Positions 27,832-36,581 of a stretch of 64,000 nucleotides of DNA are shown here, piece by piece (the stretch's first letter is position 1; every line of letters starts with the position of its first letter). The stretch spans positions 6,460-70,459 of the forward strand of contig CANFST010000012.1 in the NCBI GenBank assembly GCA_947449695.1. The letters run 5' to 3'. A program made the translations under genes and the position numbers. A model generated the notes under the pieces. It was not told the origin of the DNA, made no database searches, and saw only the letters and a list, made by a program, of their open reading frames with translations. This DNA comes from Chitinophagales bacterium (lineage in GTDB: Bacteria > Bacteroidota > Bacteroidia > Chitinophagales > CAIODY01).

Positions 27832-29304
27832 TTATTTTAATTTCATTTCGACTCTTCTGTTTTGTGCTTTGTTTTGCAAAGTTGTATTCGGCACCAAAGG
27901 CGCAGTATCGCCAAATCCTTTAGCAAAGAGACGTTCAGCAGCAATACCTTTTTTTATTAAATATTTTTTTACTGCTTCAGCTCGTTTTGTACTTAGTTCT
28001 AAATTCTTTTTTGCATCGCCTACATTATCAGTATGTCCGTTAATATCTAATCTGTAGTTTGCATTTTCTTTTAATATTATCGCCACTTTATCTAAAGAAA
28101 TATTACTGCTTTGCAACAATACATCGCTGCCTGTAGCAAAATTAATATTGTGTATTAATACATCTAATTTCTTTTGATCTTCCACTTTTACCAATGGGCA
28201 ACCCATATTTTCTATTATTCCTTTCACTTCAGGGCATTTGTCATCTTTATCTGCAACGCCATCTCCATCTTTATCTGGGCAACCATTTGTAGATGAAGGA
28301 CCTCTGTCGTTAGGACAAGCATCTTTAGTATCAGGTATGCCATCTCCATCCATATCAGATGGGCAACCTTTGTTGGCTGCAACTCCTTTTACATTGGGGC
28401 ATTTATCCATATAGTTAGGAATTCCATCCCCATCTGTATCAGGACAACCATGTAATTCAACACTTCCTTTTTCGTTAGGGCAATAATCTTGGTCGTCAAC
28501 AATTCCATCGCCATCTGTATCAACACTTTCGGGGCAACCTTTGTTAGCAATTGTACCTTTCACAGTTGGACATTTATCAAAAAAATCAGGCACTCCATCG
28601 CCATCTGAATCAGCAGGGCAACCCTTATCATTCACTTTTAAACCCATTGCTGAATTTGGGCAATCATCTCTCCAGTCAGGCACCCCATCGCCGTCTGAAT
28701 CTCTTTTAGTGTGAATAGGAAAACTGAAAGAAAATCCAACTGTGTGTTGTGCAAATCTATCACCATTACCACTCAGCAACCCATCAATTTCATCGTTTTT
28801 TAAAATGCCATAAACCGATTGTAGTTGCAAATGCAAATTCTTCGCTAATCGGATTTTCAATCCATAACCTAATTCAAATGCAACCGCCGATGTACGCCCA
28901 ATGGTATGTTCTGAATTAGCAAATACGGCTGCTGACCCAATTAAAAAATAGGGGGCAATCCTAGCATTTTCCTTTAAAAACTTACCATTATTCAATTTCA
29001 GATGCAATCTTGCACCATAGTCGAAAAAATCACCACTGAATTTTTCTGCATCACTTTTTTTATATGCCCAATTAGAATAATTGGCAAATGCAACCCCATC
29101 CAGATAGGAGTTGATATAGTAACTTAATGACAAACCATAAGTAGATTTTTCGGTATTAAATTGATAAAAAATATTATCTCCCAAATCGCCACGATAGCCT
29201 GAGCAGCCAACGTGTAAGCCTAATGCCCAACGGTCAGTTTTGTTTTGGCTGAAAGATAAATTTGCAATAAATAAAGTGAAGATTAAGATTGAAATTTTCT
29301 TCAT
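27832..29304 (-). CDS. OmpA family protein: N-terminal beta-barrel, thrombospondin type 3 repeats, C-terminal OmpA domain
   Basis: Six D-x-D-G-D-G-x-x-D...CP repeats. C-terminal NFATGSDVL...GHTDNVGDAKKNLELSTKRAEAV...NRRVE. Confidence 0.87.
   Translation of the reverse strand: MKKISILIFTLFIANLSFSQNKTDRWALGLHVGCSGYRGDLGDNIFYQFNTEKSTYGLSLSYYINSYLDGVAFANYSNWAYKKSDAEKFSGDFFDYGARLHLKLNNGKFLKENARIAPYFLIGSAAVFANSEHTIGRTSAVAFELGYGLKIRLAKNLHLQLQSVYGILKNDEIDGLLSGNGDRFAQHTVGFSFSFPIHTKRDSDGDGVPDWRDDCPNSAMGLKVNDKGCPADSDGDGVPDFFDKCPTVKGTIANKGCPESVDTDGDGIVDDQDYCPNEKGSVELHGCPDTDGDGIPNYMDKCPNVKGVAANKGCPSDMDGDGIPDTKDACPNDRGPSSTNGCPDKDGDGVADKDDKCPEVKGIIENMGCPLVKVEDQKKLDVLIHNINFATGSDVLLQSSNISLDKVAIILKENANYRLDINGHTDNVGDAKKNLELSTKRAEAVKKYLIKKGIAAERLFAKGFGDTAPLVPNTTLQNKAQNRRVEMKLK
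28228..28701 (-). repeat. Six tandem thrombospondin type-3 (calcium-binding) repeat units inside the OmpA-family CDS
   Basis: DSDGDGVPDWRDDCPN, DSDGDGVPDFFDKCPT, DTDGDGIVDDQDYCPN, DTDGDGIPNYMDKCPN, DMDGDGIPDTKDACPN, DKDGDGVADKDDKCPE. Confidence 0.85.
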
Positions 29305-29350
29305 AACTAAAAAAGGATTTTTGATGTATAAAACAAAAGTAGAATTTTAT

Positions 29351-30400
29351 TTACTTAAAATCACGAATCAATGCAGCCAATTTTTCAACACCTTCCATTG
29401 GCATTGCATTGTAAATGGCAGCTCTAAAACCACCTGCGGTTCGGTGTCCTGAGATATTGATGATTTGATTGGTTGAAGTAAGGTGTATAAATTTTTGTTC
29501 CACGGATTTTTCTCTTGCTTTAAAAACCACATTCATTTCGCTTCTGAATTCTTTTTCTACTTCGGAGATAAAATTATTATTTCCATCTATAGCTTCGTAT
29601 AAAATTTTCGCTTTCAATTCATTGTTTGAAAAGATATTTTTCAAAGTTTGCTTTTTTATCCATCTCAACATCAAAAGGCTCACATATACTGCATAAACTG
29701 ATGGGGTGCTGTAAATTGATTGTGCATCCACATGGTTTTTAAAATTGAAAATGGCTGGCACATTTTCGTTTATTTTTTCCAATAAATTTTTCTTGATCAA
29801 AACAATAGTGCAACCTGCTGTTCCTAAATTTTTATGCGCACTAGCATAAATAAAATCGAATTGATTGTAGTTGATTTTTCGGCTCAACATATCGCTGCTC
29901 ATGTCAGCAAATACTGGTATATCAACAGCTTCAAAGTTTTTCCATTGTGTTCCTTCAATCGTATTGTTGGTAGTAATGTGCAAATATTCTGATTCTAAAT
30001 TTTTTGCTACGATGCTTGGAATGTAGCTATAATGCTTATTTTCAGACGATGCAACAATTTTTACTTCACCAAAATTCAGGGTAGCTGCTATGGCTTTTTC
30101 ACTCCAATAACCTGTGTTTACAAATGCTGCTGATTTATCTTTTACAAGAAAATTCATTGGTATCATCGCAAACAAATTACTTGCGCCACCATTTAAATAA
30201 AGGATTTCAAAGTCATCATTCAATTGACATAATTCTTTTAACAACAACTTTGCTTCGTCTAAAATTTCTTCAAACAAATGGCTGCGATGCGAAATCTCAA
30301 GAATGCTTTGATTGGCTTTGTAATGCAAAACCGCTTCTGAAGCTTCCTGTAAAACTTCGGGGGATAACATTGTTGGACCAGAATTAAAATTGTAAATCAT
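29351..30400 (-). CDS. serC: Phosphoserine aminotransferase
   Basis: MIYNFNSGPTMLSPEVL..., the PLP-lysine region YASAHKNLG, and a C-terminal GHRTAGGFRAAIYNAMP. Confidence 0.9.
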   Translation of the reverse strand: MIYNFNSGPTMLSPEVLQEASEAVLHYKANQSILEISHRSHLFEEILDEAKLLLKELCQLNDDFEILYLNGGASNLFAMIPMNFLVKDKSAAFVNTGYWSEKAIAATLNFGEVKIVASSENKHYSYIPSIVAKNLESEYLHITTNNTIEGTQWKNFEAVDIPVFADMSSDMLSRKINYNQFDFIYASAHKNLGTAGCTIVLIKKNLLEKINENVPAIFNFKNHVDAQSIYSTPSVYAVYVSLLMLRWIKKQTLKNIFSNNELKAKILYEAIDGNNNFISEVEKEFRSEMNVVFKAREKSVEQKFIHLTSTNQIINISGHRTAGGFRAAIYNAMPMEGVEKLAALIRDFK

Positions 30401-30412
30401 TATTTGTAAAAT

Positions 30413-31999
30413 TTAGGGTGAAGTGATTTTGAAAATTTGCAAGCCATAAATTTTGCCTTTTGTGATTTCCTCAAAATTATAGAACGAACTCAAAGTGTCT
30501 GATTGGTCTGGCTTCCAGTGCCAATAAAAATAATAGTTGATGTTGTTTTTCTGTAGCTCATCTTTCAGTTTTTCTCTTTCGTTCCAATGCTCTGGATTTA
30601 TAATCACATTTTGCAAGTCGGCTGCAAAGCAAGCGTACTGTGTATCTCTGTATTTACCACCTTCACCATATACTAAGCCCTTTAGGTGAAATTCTTTCTT
30701 TAATCGTTCAGCAATTTTATGTGAATAATTCATAGTATCATAGAAACGACTTAAAATTTGAACTGGATGAATGCAAAAAGAAATTATAAACAAACTGCTC
30801 AACAGAATTTTTATATGGGGTTTAATATCGAGTTGAAATAAATAATTTTCTAATAGCCAGACCCCCATCACTATGGTGACGATAAAAATTATAATAAAAT
30901 AGCGTTCTTCACAATAAGTCATTAAATAACCTATTGGGTAGATTAATAAAACACTAAAATAAAAAAGTAATACCTTTTTTTGCTTTGCAGTTGAAAATTT
31001 AGTGATTAAAAGGAAAAGTAAAAAAAACAAAATTGTGAAATTTAAAAGACTAACCAAATTAATTTGTTCTTTAAATAATTTACAATTACTTTTCAATTTG
31101 GTAACCTCATTATTAAAGGTGTAAGCTGAATCAAAAACGCCCAAAAATCCTCCACAGATGAGGGTAATATCTTCTGTGAAATCTACAGCAGTAGAATTAT
31201 TTGGCATCAAAAAATATCCCATTTTAGAGTCAATTATTTTCCAATTACCATTTAGTACCTGAGTGAGATTTACTTTACCACTAGTGCAAAAAATTAATCC
31301 GACATCATATTTTTTATTAATTGAAATTAACCATGGCGAAATAGTTAATAGAAGTATACTAAAACATACAAATACAAATTTTAATTTTTTAAAGACAGTG
31401 ATTTCCTTTGTATAGAAATGTTTTATGATAATAGTAACAGTTAAGTGAACCAAAAGAAAAGGTAGCAGATAGTATTTTGAAAAATAACAAAATGCTCCAG
31501 AAATGCCTATAAATAAAGCATCTCTATAAGACCAATTGAATTTTTCATGCATTAAAAGTGAAAAATAAAATAGTAGACTTGTTGCTGCTAAAACATCTGC
31601 ACCTACCTCAACATTACTAAAGGTAAATAAAAATAAAGCGCTTGGAAATAGAACAATGAATTTAAATATATTTTTTTTAATTAGGTTGCTAATAAATTTA
31701 TTCGTTATAAATAAAGCTAACAATCCAATTGAAAGGCTCACAATTTTACCTACTAAAAATTTACTAAAACCAGTAAAAAGAAAAGGTGTTATTAACCATG
31801 TTACCAAAGGACTCCAATAGCCATTTATGGCATCTTTGAAGTTCCCTTTATAATATTTAACTGCTAAATTTATATAAGATTCGCCATCAGGGTCAATAGC
31901 ATATTTGTAATGTTGATAGGTTAGGGCACAAAGTAAAACATAAAACAATACACTGATTTTTAAATAGTTTTTTTCAATAAATGAAATCGCCTTTTTCAT
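30413..31999 (-). CDS. Large polytopic membrane protein, possibly a GT-C-type glycosyltransferase
   Basis: 528 aa with more than 10 hydrophobic helices. Acidic first-loop motif AIDPDGESYINLA and a soluble C-terminal domain. Its ATG overlaps the murF stop (ATGA). Family not firmly recognised. Confidence 0.4.
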   Translation of the reverse strand: MKKAISFIEKNYLKISVLFYVLLCALTYQHYKYAIDPDGESYINLAVKYYKGNFKDAINGYWSPLVTWLITPFLFTGFSKFLVGKIVSLSIGLLALFITNKFISNLIKKNIFKFIVLFPSALFLFTFSNVEVGADVLAATSLLFYFSLLMHEKFNWSYRDALFIGISGAFCYFSKYYLLPFLLVHLTVTIIIKHFYTKEITVFKKLKFVFVCFSILLLTISPWLISINKKYDVGLIFCTSGKVNLTQVLNGNWKIIDSKMGYFLMPNNSTAVDFTEDITLICGGFLGVFDSAYTFNNEVTKLKSNCKLFKEQINLVSLLNFTILFFLLFLLITKFSTAKQKKVLLFYFSVLLIYPIGYLMTYCEERYFIIIFIVTIVMGVWLLENYLFQLDIKPHIKILLSSLFIISFCIHPVQILSRFYDTMNYSHKIAERLKKEFHLKGLVYGEGGKYRDTQYACFAADLQNVIINPEHWNEREKLKDELQKNNINYYFYWHWKPDQSDTLSSFYNFEEITKGKIYGLQIFKITSP

Positions 32000-33285
32000 G
32001 CAATTAGTTTTTCTAAAACCATACCCCTTGAACCTTTCAATAAAAAAGTATGCTGATTAAAATTATTTTTTACAAACCAATTTTTCAATTCATCCACATT
32101 TTTAAATAACAAAAATTGAGTAGAATTATTGTTTACTCTTGCAAATTCTTTACCCACTAAAATTGTTTTTTCAAATTTTAAATCGTTCAACAACTTTACG
32201 ATTTGTTGATGCTCAAATGCACTGTGAGCGCCTAATTCAAACATATCTCCCAAAATCGCAATTTTATTTTCTAATGGCAATTGAGCAAAACTTTCTAATG
32301 CTAATTTCATGCTGCTGGGATTAGCATTGTAGCAATCTACAATAAAATTGTTGCCATTTTTTTCAACCCATTGCGAACGATTATTGGCTGGTTTATAATT
32401 TTCAACTGCGTTTTTTATTTTAGATAAATCAACTCCAAAATAGCTGCAAATGGAACTTGCAGCAATGATATTGATGAGATTGTAATTGCCTGACAATTGC
32501 GATTGAACTGAAAAAACTCCCTCATTGATTTTTATTTCAGCTTCTAAAAATGGGAATGATTTTTTGATTGCACCGAAGCAACCAACTTGCAAACTATCGC
32601 TGTAAAATATTTGTTGCAAACCAACCGACGCTGTTTTTAAATCCATATCGCCAGCATTTACAAATGCAGTTCCATTATTGGTTTTCAAATAATCAAACAA
32701 CTCGGCGTTGGCCTTTTTCACACCTTCAATATTCCCAAAACCTTCTAAATGGTCTTTGCCATTATTGGTAATTAATCCAAAATTTGGCTCAGCAATTTCA
32801 CACAAAAAATTTGTTTCCAACAAATGATTGGCACCTATTTCAATTACTGCAATTTCAGTATCCATAGGCATTTTGAGCAAAGTAATCGGCACACCAATGT
32901 GATTGTTGAAATTACCCGAGGTAGTATGTACTCGATATTTTTCACTCAATACTTTGCTCACTAATTCTTTTGTTGTTGTCTTTCCATTCGAGCCACCGAT
33001 TGCAATTATAGGAATCGAAAATTGTTTACGGTGATGATTTGCCAATTGTTGCAAACTTTGCAAAACATCTTTCACGAAAATACATTTTTCATTCAGCACA
33101 AATTCTATTTCATCGACTACAACATAAGCTGCTCCTTGATTTATGGCTTGTTCGGCAAATTGATTAGCATTGAATTTTTCACCTTTCAACGCAAAAAAAA
33201 TGTCGCCTGAATTTATTTTTCGCGTATCTGTTGTGAACTTAAAATTTTGCTGAGCAAAAATTTTATAAAGATTTTCGATAGTCAT
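31996..33285 (-). CDS. murF: UDP-N-acetylmuramoyl-tripeptide--D-alanyl-D-alanine ligase
   Basis: ATP-binding IAIGGSNGKTTTKE, TNNGKDHLEGFG and DCYNANPSSM. Confidence 0.9.
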   Translation of the reverse strand: MTIENLYKIFAQQNFKFTTDTRKINSGDIFFALKGEKFNANQFAEQAINQGAAYVVVDEIEFVLNEKCIFVKDVLQSLQQLANHHRKQFSIPIIAIGGSNGKTTTKELVSKVLSEKYRVHTTSGNFNNHIGVPITLLKMPMDTEIAVIEIGANHLLETNFLCEIAEPNFGLITNNGKDHLEGFGNIEGVKKANAELFDYLKTNNGTAFVNAGDMDLKTASVGLQQIFYSDSLQVGCFGAIKKSFPFLEAEIKINEGVFSVQSQLSGNYNLINIIAASSICSYFGVDLSKIKNAVENYKPANNRSQWVEKNGNNFIVDCYNANPSSMKLALESFAQLPLENKIAILGDMFELGAHSAFEHQQIVKLLNDLKFEKTILVGKEFARVNNNSTQFLLFKNVDELKNWFVKNNFNQHTFLLKGSRGMVLEKLIA

Positions 33286-33296
33286 TTTTCAATAAA

Positions 33297-33863
33297 TTAT
33301 TCGCCCCATTTAAATGATTTTGTTTCAAAGTCGGCTAATTGCAAAACACGGTCAATCACAGTGGCAGCAATTTGTTCAAGCGTATGTGGTTTGGAATAAA
33401 ATGATGGTGTTGCAGGGCAAATGATGCCACCAGCCAATGTTACAGTTTCCATGTTTTTGATGTGAATTAAATTCAATGGTGTTTCACGAGTTACTAAAAT
33501 CAATCGCCTTCTTTCTTTAAACATAACATCAGCGGCACGAGTGATTAAGTCATCTGAAATACCATTGGCAATTCTGCCTAAAGTTCCCATCGAACAGGGG
33601 CACACAATCAATGTATCATAGCCAGCTGAGCCACTTGCCAGTGGTGAACTAAAATCATTTTTATCAAAAAACTGAAACGTGTATTTTTTGAAATCATCAT
33701 TATCTAATTCTAATCTCCAAACTTCTTTTGCATTATTGCTCATCACAATCCCACATTTTTCAACAGGTGTTGAAAGTTGCGAAAGCTTATCCAACAATAC
33801 TTTTGCGTAAATACTTCCGCTTGCACCTGTGATGGCTACCCCAATTTTTCGAGTTGAATTCAT
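33297..33863 (-). CDS. ubiX: UbiX family flavin prenyltransferase
   Basis: IGVAITGASGSIYA...VCPCSMGTLGRIANGISDDLITRAADV...RETPL. Confidence 0.9.
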   Translation of the reverse strand: MNSTRKIGVAITGASGSIYAKVLLDKLSQLSTPVEKCGIVMSNNAKEVWRLELDNDDFKKYTFQFFDKNDFSSPLASGSAGYDTLIVCPCSMGTLGRIANGISDDLITRAADVMFKERRRLILVTRETPLNLIHIKNMETVTLAGGIICPATPSFYSKPHTLEQIAATVIDRVLQLADFETKSFKWGE

Positions 33864-33913
33864 GCATCAAATATCTGCTTTTTCAATTTAAAATTGTTTG
33901 CTAAAAAAATATT

Positions 33914-33942
33914 TTGACAATTTGCGAAATGGTTTATTTTTG
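33914..33942 (+). promoter_or_regulatory. Candidate promoter (-33 TTG at 33914-33916, -7 TAttTTTG at 33935-33942) for the PUR-like gene
   Basis: Both consensus elements of Bacteroidota sigma-A promoters are present with 18-nt spacing. The ATG is 43 nt downstream. Confidence 0.45.
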
Positions 33943-33985
33943 TTGCATCTTTAAATAATAAAAAACATTTACTCAAAAATCAAAA

Positions 33986-34414
33986 ATGGAAAACAACAAC
34001 GGAAGCGACAAGCGAATGAATGACAGTGTTTACTCTCAAAAATTTAGAGCTGGAAAACGTCGCACTTATTTTTTTGATGTACGCAGCACCAGAGGAAATG
34101 ATTATTTCATCACTTTGACTGAAAGCACCAAACGTGCTGATGGCAATGGTTACGACAAACATAAATTGTTTTTGTACAAAGAAGATTTTAATGAATTTTT
34201 AGCATTATTGAATCAAACCATCAATCATGTTAAGACAGAATTGATGCCTGATTATGACTATGATGAATTTGCAAAACGCCGAGCTGAAATGCAAAAGGCT
34301 TGGGAAGAACAACGATTGAACGGCGGTGACAATTTTAACTCTGTTGCCGATGAGCCGATTCAAAAAAGTTCATCTGATAAAGATGATAATCATGAGGATG
34401 TAGATAAATGGTAA
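33986..34414 (+). CDS. PUR-alpha-like nucleic-acid-binding protein (DUF3276 family)
   Basis: FRAGKRRTYFFDVRSTRGNDYFITLTES...KLFLYKEDFNEFLALLNQTINHV, followed by an acidic tail. Confidence 0.7.
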   Translation: MENNNGSDKRMNDSVYSQKFRAGKRRTYFFDVRSTRGNDYFITLTESTKRADGNGYDKHKLFLYKEDFNEFLALLNQTINHVKTELMPDYDYDEFAKRRAEMQKAWEEQRLNGGDNFNSVADEPIQKSSSDKDDNHEDVDKW

Positions 34415-34436
34415 GTTAAAAATCGATTACCTCTGT

Positions 34437-34477
34437 AAAAGGGAAAGCTGAACTCAAATTCATCTTTCCTTTTTTTA
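34437..34477 (+). terminator. Intrinsic terminator after the PUR-like gene
   Basis: ggaaag (34442-34447) pairs with ctttcc (34464-34469), followed by a T-run (34470-34477). Confidence 0.55.
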
Positions 34478-34523
34478 TTGCCTTTATTTCAGTTTCTTTG
34501 CGCCCTCAAAATCTATATCAATT

Positions 34524-35621
34524 ATGGCTCTTCAATGTGGTATCGTAGGCTTACCAAACGTAGGAAAATCAACACTTTTCAATGCTTTGAGCAATGCTAA
34601 AGCGCAAGCAGCAAACTTTCCTTTTTGCACAATCGAACCGAATGTTGGTGTTATTACTGTGCCAGATGAACGCTTAACAAAATTAGCCGAACTAGTAATT
34701 CCTGAAAAAATTCAACCTACAACAGTTGAGATTGTCGACATTGCTGGATTGGTAAAAGGCGCATCAAAAGGCGAAGGATTGGGAAATATGTTTTTAGGCA
34801 ATATTCGCAGTGTGGATGCTATTTTACATGTGATTCGTTGTTTTGAAAATGACAACGTAATTCATGTTGACGGCAATGTAAATCCTGTTCGTGATAAAGA
34901 GATTATTGATTTTGAATTGCAATTAAAAGATTTAGAAAGCATTGATAAGAAAATTCAGAAAACAGAAAAATTAGCAAAAACAAGCAACAAAGATGCATTG
35001 GAATGTTTTGAGGTTTTACAACGCTTCAAAAAACATATTGAAGAAGGCAAATCAGCTCGTAGCTGTGCTTTGGGTGAATTAGAAGTAAAGCATATTGAAG
35101 ACTTGCAATTGCTCACCATTAAGCCTGTGATGTACGTTTGCAATGTAGAAGAAGAAAATGTTTTAACTGGAAATTTGCATACAAAAGCATTGATAGAAAG
35201 CGTAAAAGATGAAAACGCTGAAATTATTTTCATCAGTGCTGCCATTGAAGCTGATATTGCTGAATTAGAAAGCTATGAAGATAAGCAAGCTTTCTTAGCT
35301 GATTTGGGCTTAAAAGAACCTGGAGTAAATCGTTTAATTAAATCGGCTTATCATCTTTTAAAATTGGCTACTTATTTTACCGCTGGTGTAAAAGAAGTAA
35401 GAGCTTGGACCATCAAAAAAGGATTTACTGCACCTCAAGCTGCAGGTGTAATTCATACCGATTTTGAAAAAGGATTTATCCGTGCCGAAGTAATTAAATA
35501 CGTTGATTTTATTCATTACAAATCTGAAGCTGCCTGCCGTGATGCCGGTAAATTAGGAGTTCAAGGCAAGGAATACATCGTGGAAGATGGCGACATTATG
35601 CATTTTAGATTTAATGTATAG
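34524..35621 (+). CDS. ychF: Redox-regulated ATPase YchF
   Basis: GIVGLPNVGKSTLFNAL...FPFCTIEPNVG...DIAGLVKGASKGEGLGN and a C-terminal TGS-like domain. Confidence 0.96.
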   Translation: MALQCGIVGLPNVGKSTLFNALSNAKAQAANFPFCTIEPNVGVITVPDERLTKLAELVIPEKIQPTTVEIVDIAGLVKGASKGEGLGNMFLGNIRSVDAILHVIRCFENDNVIHVDGNVNPVRDKEIIDFELQLKDLESIDKKIQKTEKLAKTSNKDALECFEVLQRFKKHIEEGKSARSCALGELEVKHIEDLQLLTIKPVMYVCNVEEENVLTGNLHTKALIESVKDENAEIIFISAAIEADIAELESYEDKQAFLADLGLKEPGVNRLIKSAYHLLKLATYFTAGVKEVRAWTIKKGFTAPQAAGVIHTDFEKGFIRAEVIKYVDFIHYKSEAACRDAGKLGVQGKEYIVEDGDIMHFRFNV

Positions 35622-35627
35622 TAATTC

Positions 35628-36197
35628 TTAATCAAATCCACCAAGATAAGATTTTGCCCATCCCATTTTTACAGCAAATACTGAAAAAACTACAATTGAT
35701 AAAATTACTCCTATTAAAATTCTAAACCCAAGTTTATAAATTTTAAGTTGATGCATGGTTTTCATGTGTTCGCCAATATTGTTGAAAATATTTTCGATGC
35801 GCATAAATGCACTTTCGCTCTTTACTACATAATCGTAAGCACCGTTTTTCATGCATTCTACAGCTACGGAAATTTTATCTTGCCCCGAAAGCATTATCAC
35901 TTGCGCTGTTGGACAGGCTTCTTTCATTTTCTTCAAAATCTCAATTCCGTTTTCAGCAGATTTATTTATACTCATTAAATGGTAATCCAAAATTACAATT
36001 TCAGGATTTAGATGAATATTTGCCAATGCTTCTTCGCCTGTGGAATATTGATATAACTTCATTTCAAAGCGTTCATCTAAATAATCTTTTATCATCTGCA
36101 ACTGCATATTGTCATCATCAACTAAAAAAATGATGCGGTCTTGTTGTGCCATAATTTGTTGTGAGTATTTTATTAAATTAATGTTTTCAAAATTCAA
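35628..36197 (-). CDS. Response-regulator receiver domain with a single C-terminal transmembrane helix (no output domain)
   Basis: RIIFLVDDD...IVILDYHL...IMLSGQ...DYVVK receiver motifs. C-terminal LGFRILIGVILSIVVFSVFAV. An alternative start lies at 36152 (MAQQDR). Confidence 0.75.
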   Translation of the reverse strand: MNFENINLIKYSQQIMAQQDRIIFLVDDDNMQLQMIKDYLDERFEMKLYQYSTGEEALANIHLNPEIVILDYHLMSINKSAENGIEILKKMKEACPTAQVIMLSGQDKISVAVECMKNGAYDYVVKSESAFMRIENIFNNIGEHMKTMHQLKIYKLGFRILIGVILSIVVFSVFAVKMGWAKSYLGGFD

Positions 36198-36213
36198 AAA
36201 TAGAATTTAGTTT

Positions 36214-36555
36214 TTAAAGTGAATTTATTTTTTCAGAAAGTTCTGTAATTGATTGACTTAAAACTGAATTTACTTTTTCCACCAGGGTTGGAAGTTGGTC
36301 TAAATTATTTTGTTCATTACAGCTATGTTCTACACTAACAATATCGGCTTCCACCGAAGTTATGCCCATATATCGGGCTTGTGACTTCATTGTATGGGCA
36401 GCCACTTTAAGCGTTTCGTATTCTTTGTTTTGCAGTGCATTTTTCATCACTTCCATTTTTTGTTTGGAAGTATCCAAATACATTTCTATGTATTTTTTCA
36501 TTTTGGCCTTATCACCTTTTGTAAATTGTGTTAAGAAATCTAAATTTGTTACCAT
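36214..36555 (-). CDS. Hpt (histidine phosphotransfer) domain protein
   Basis: 113 aa all-helical protein with LKVAAHTMKSQARYMG (HxxKS/G phospho-His motif). Confidence 0.75.
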   Translation of the reverse strand: MVTNLDFLTQFTKGDKAKMKKYIEMYLDTSKQKMEVMKNALQNKEYETLKVAAHTMKSQARYMGITSVEADIVSVEHSCNEQNNLDQLPTLVEKVNSVLSQSITELSEKINSL

Positions 36556-36581
36556 TGATTTTTATTTTTTAAAATGAGTTT

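Noticed and set aside
28228-28701. Periodic DNA repeat that could have been a tandem-repeat or CRISPR-like array.
   Set aside because: The periodicity is in frame and encodes six thrombospondin type-3 calcium-binding repeats of an OmpA-family protein. This is a well-known architecture in Bacteroidota.
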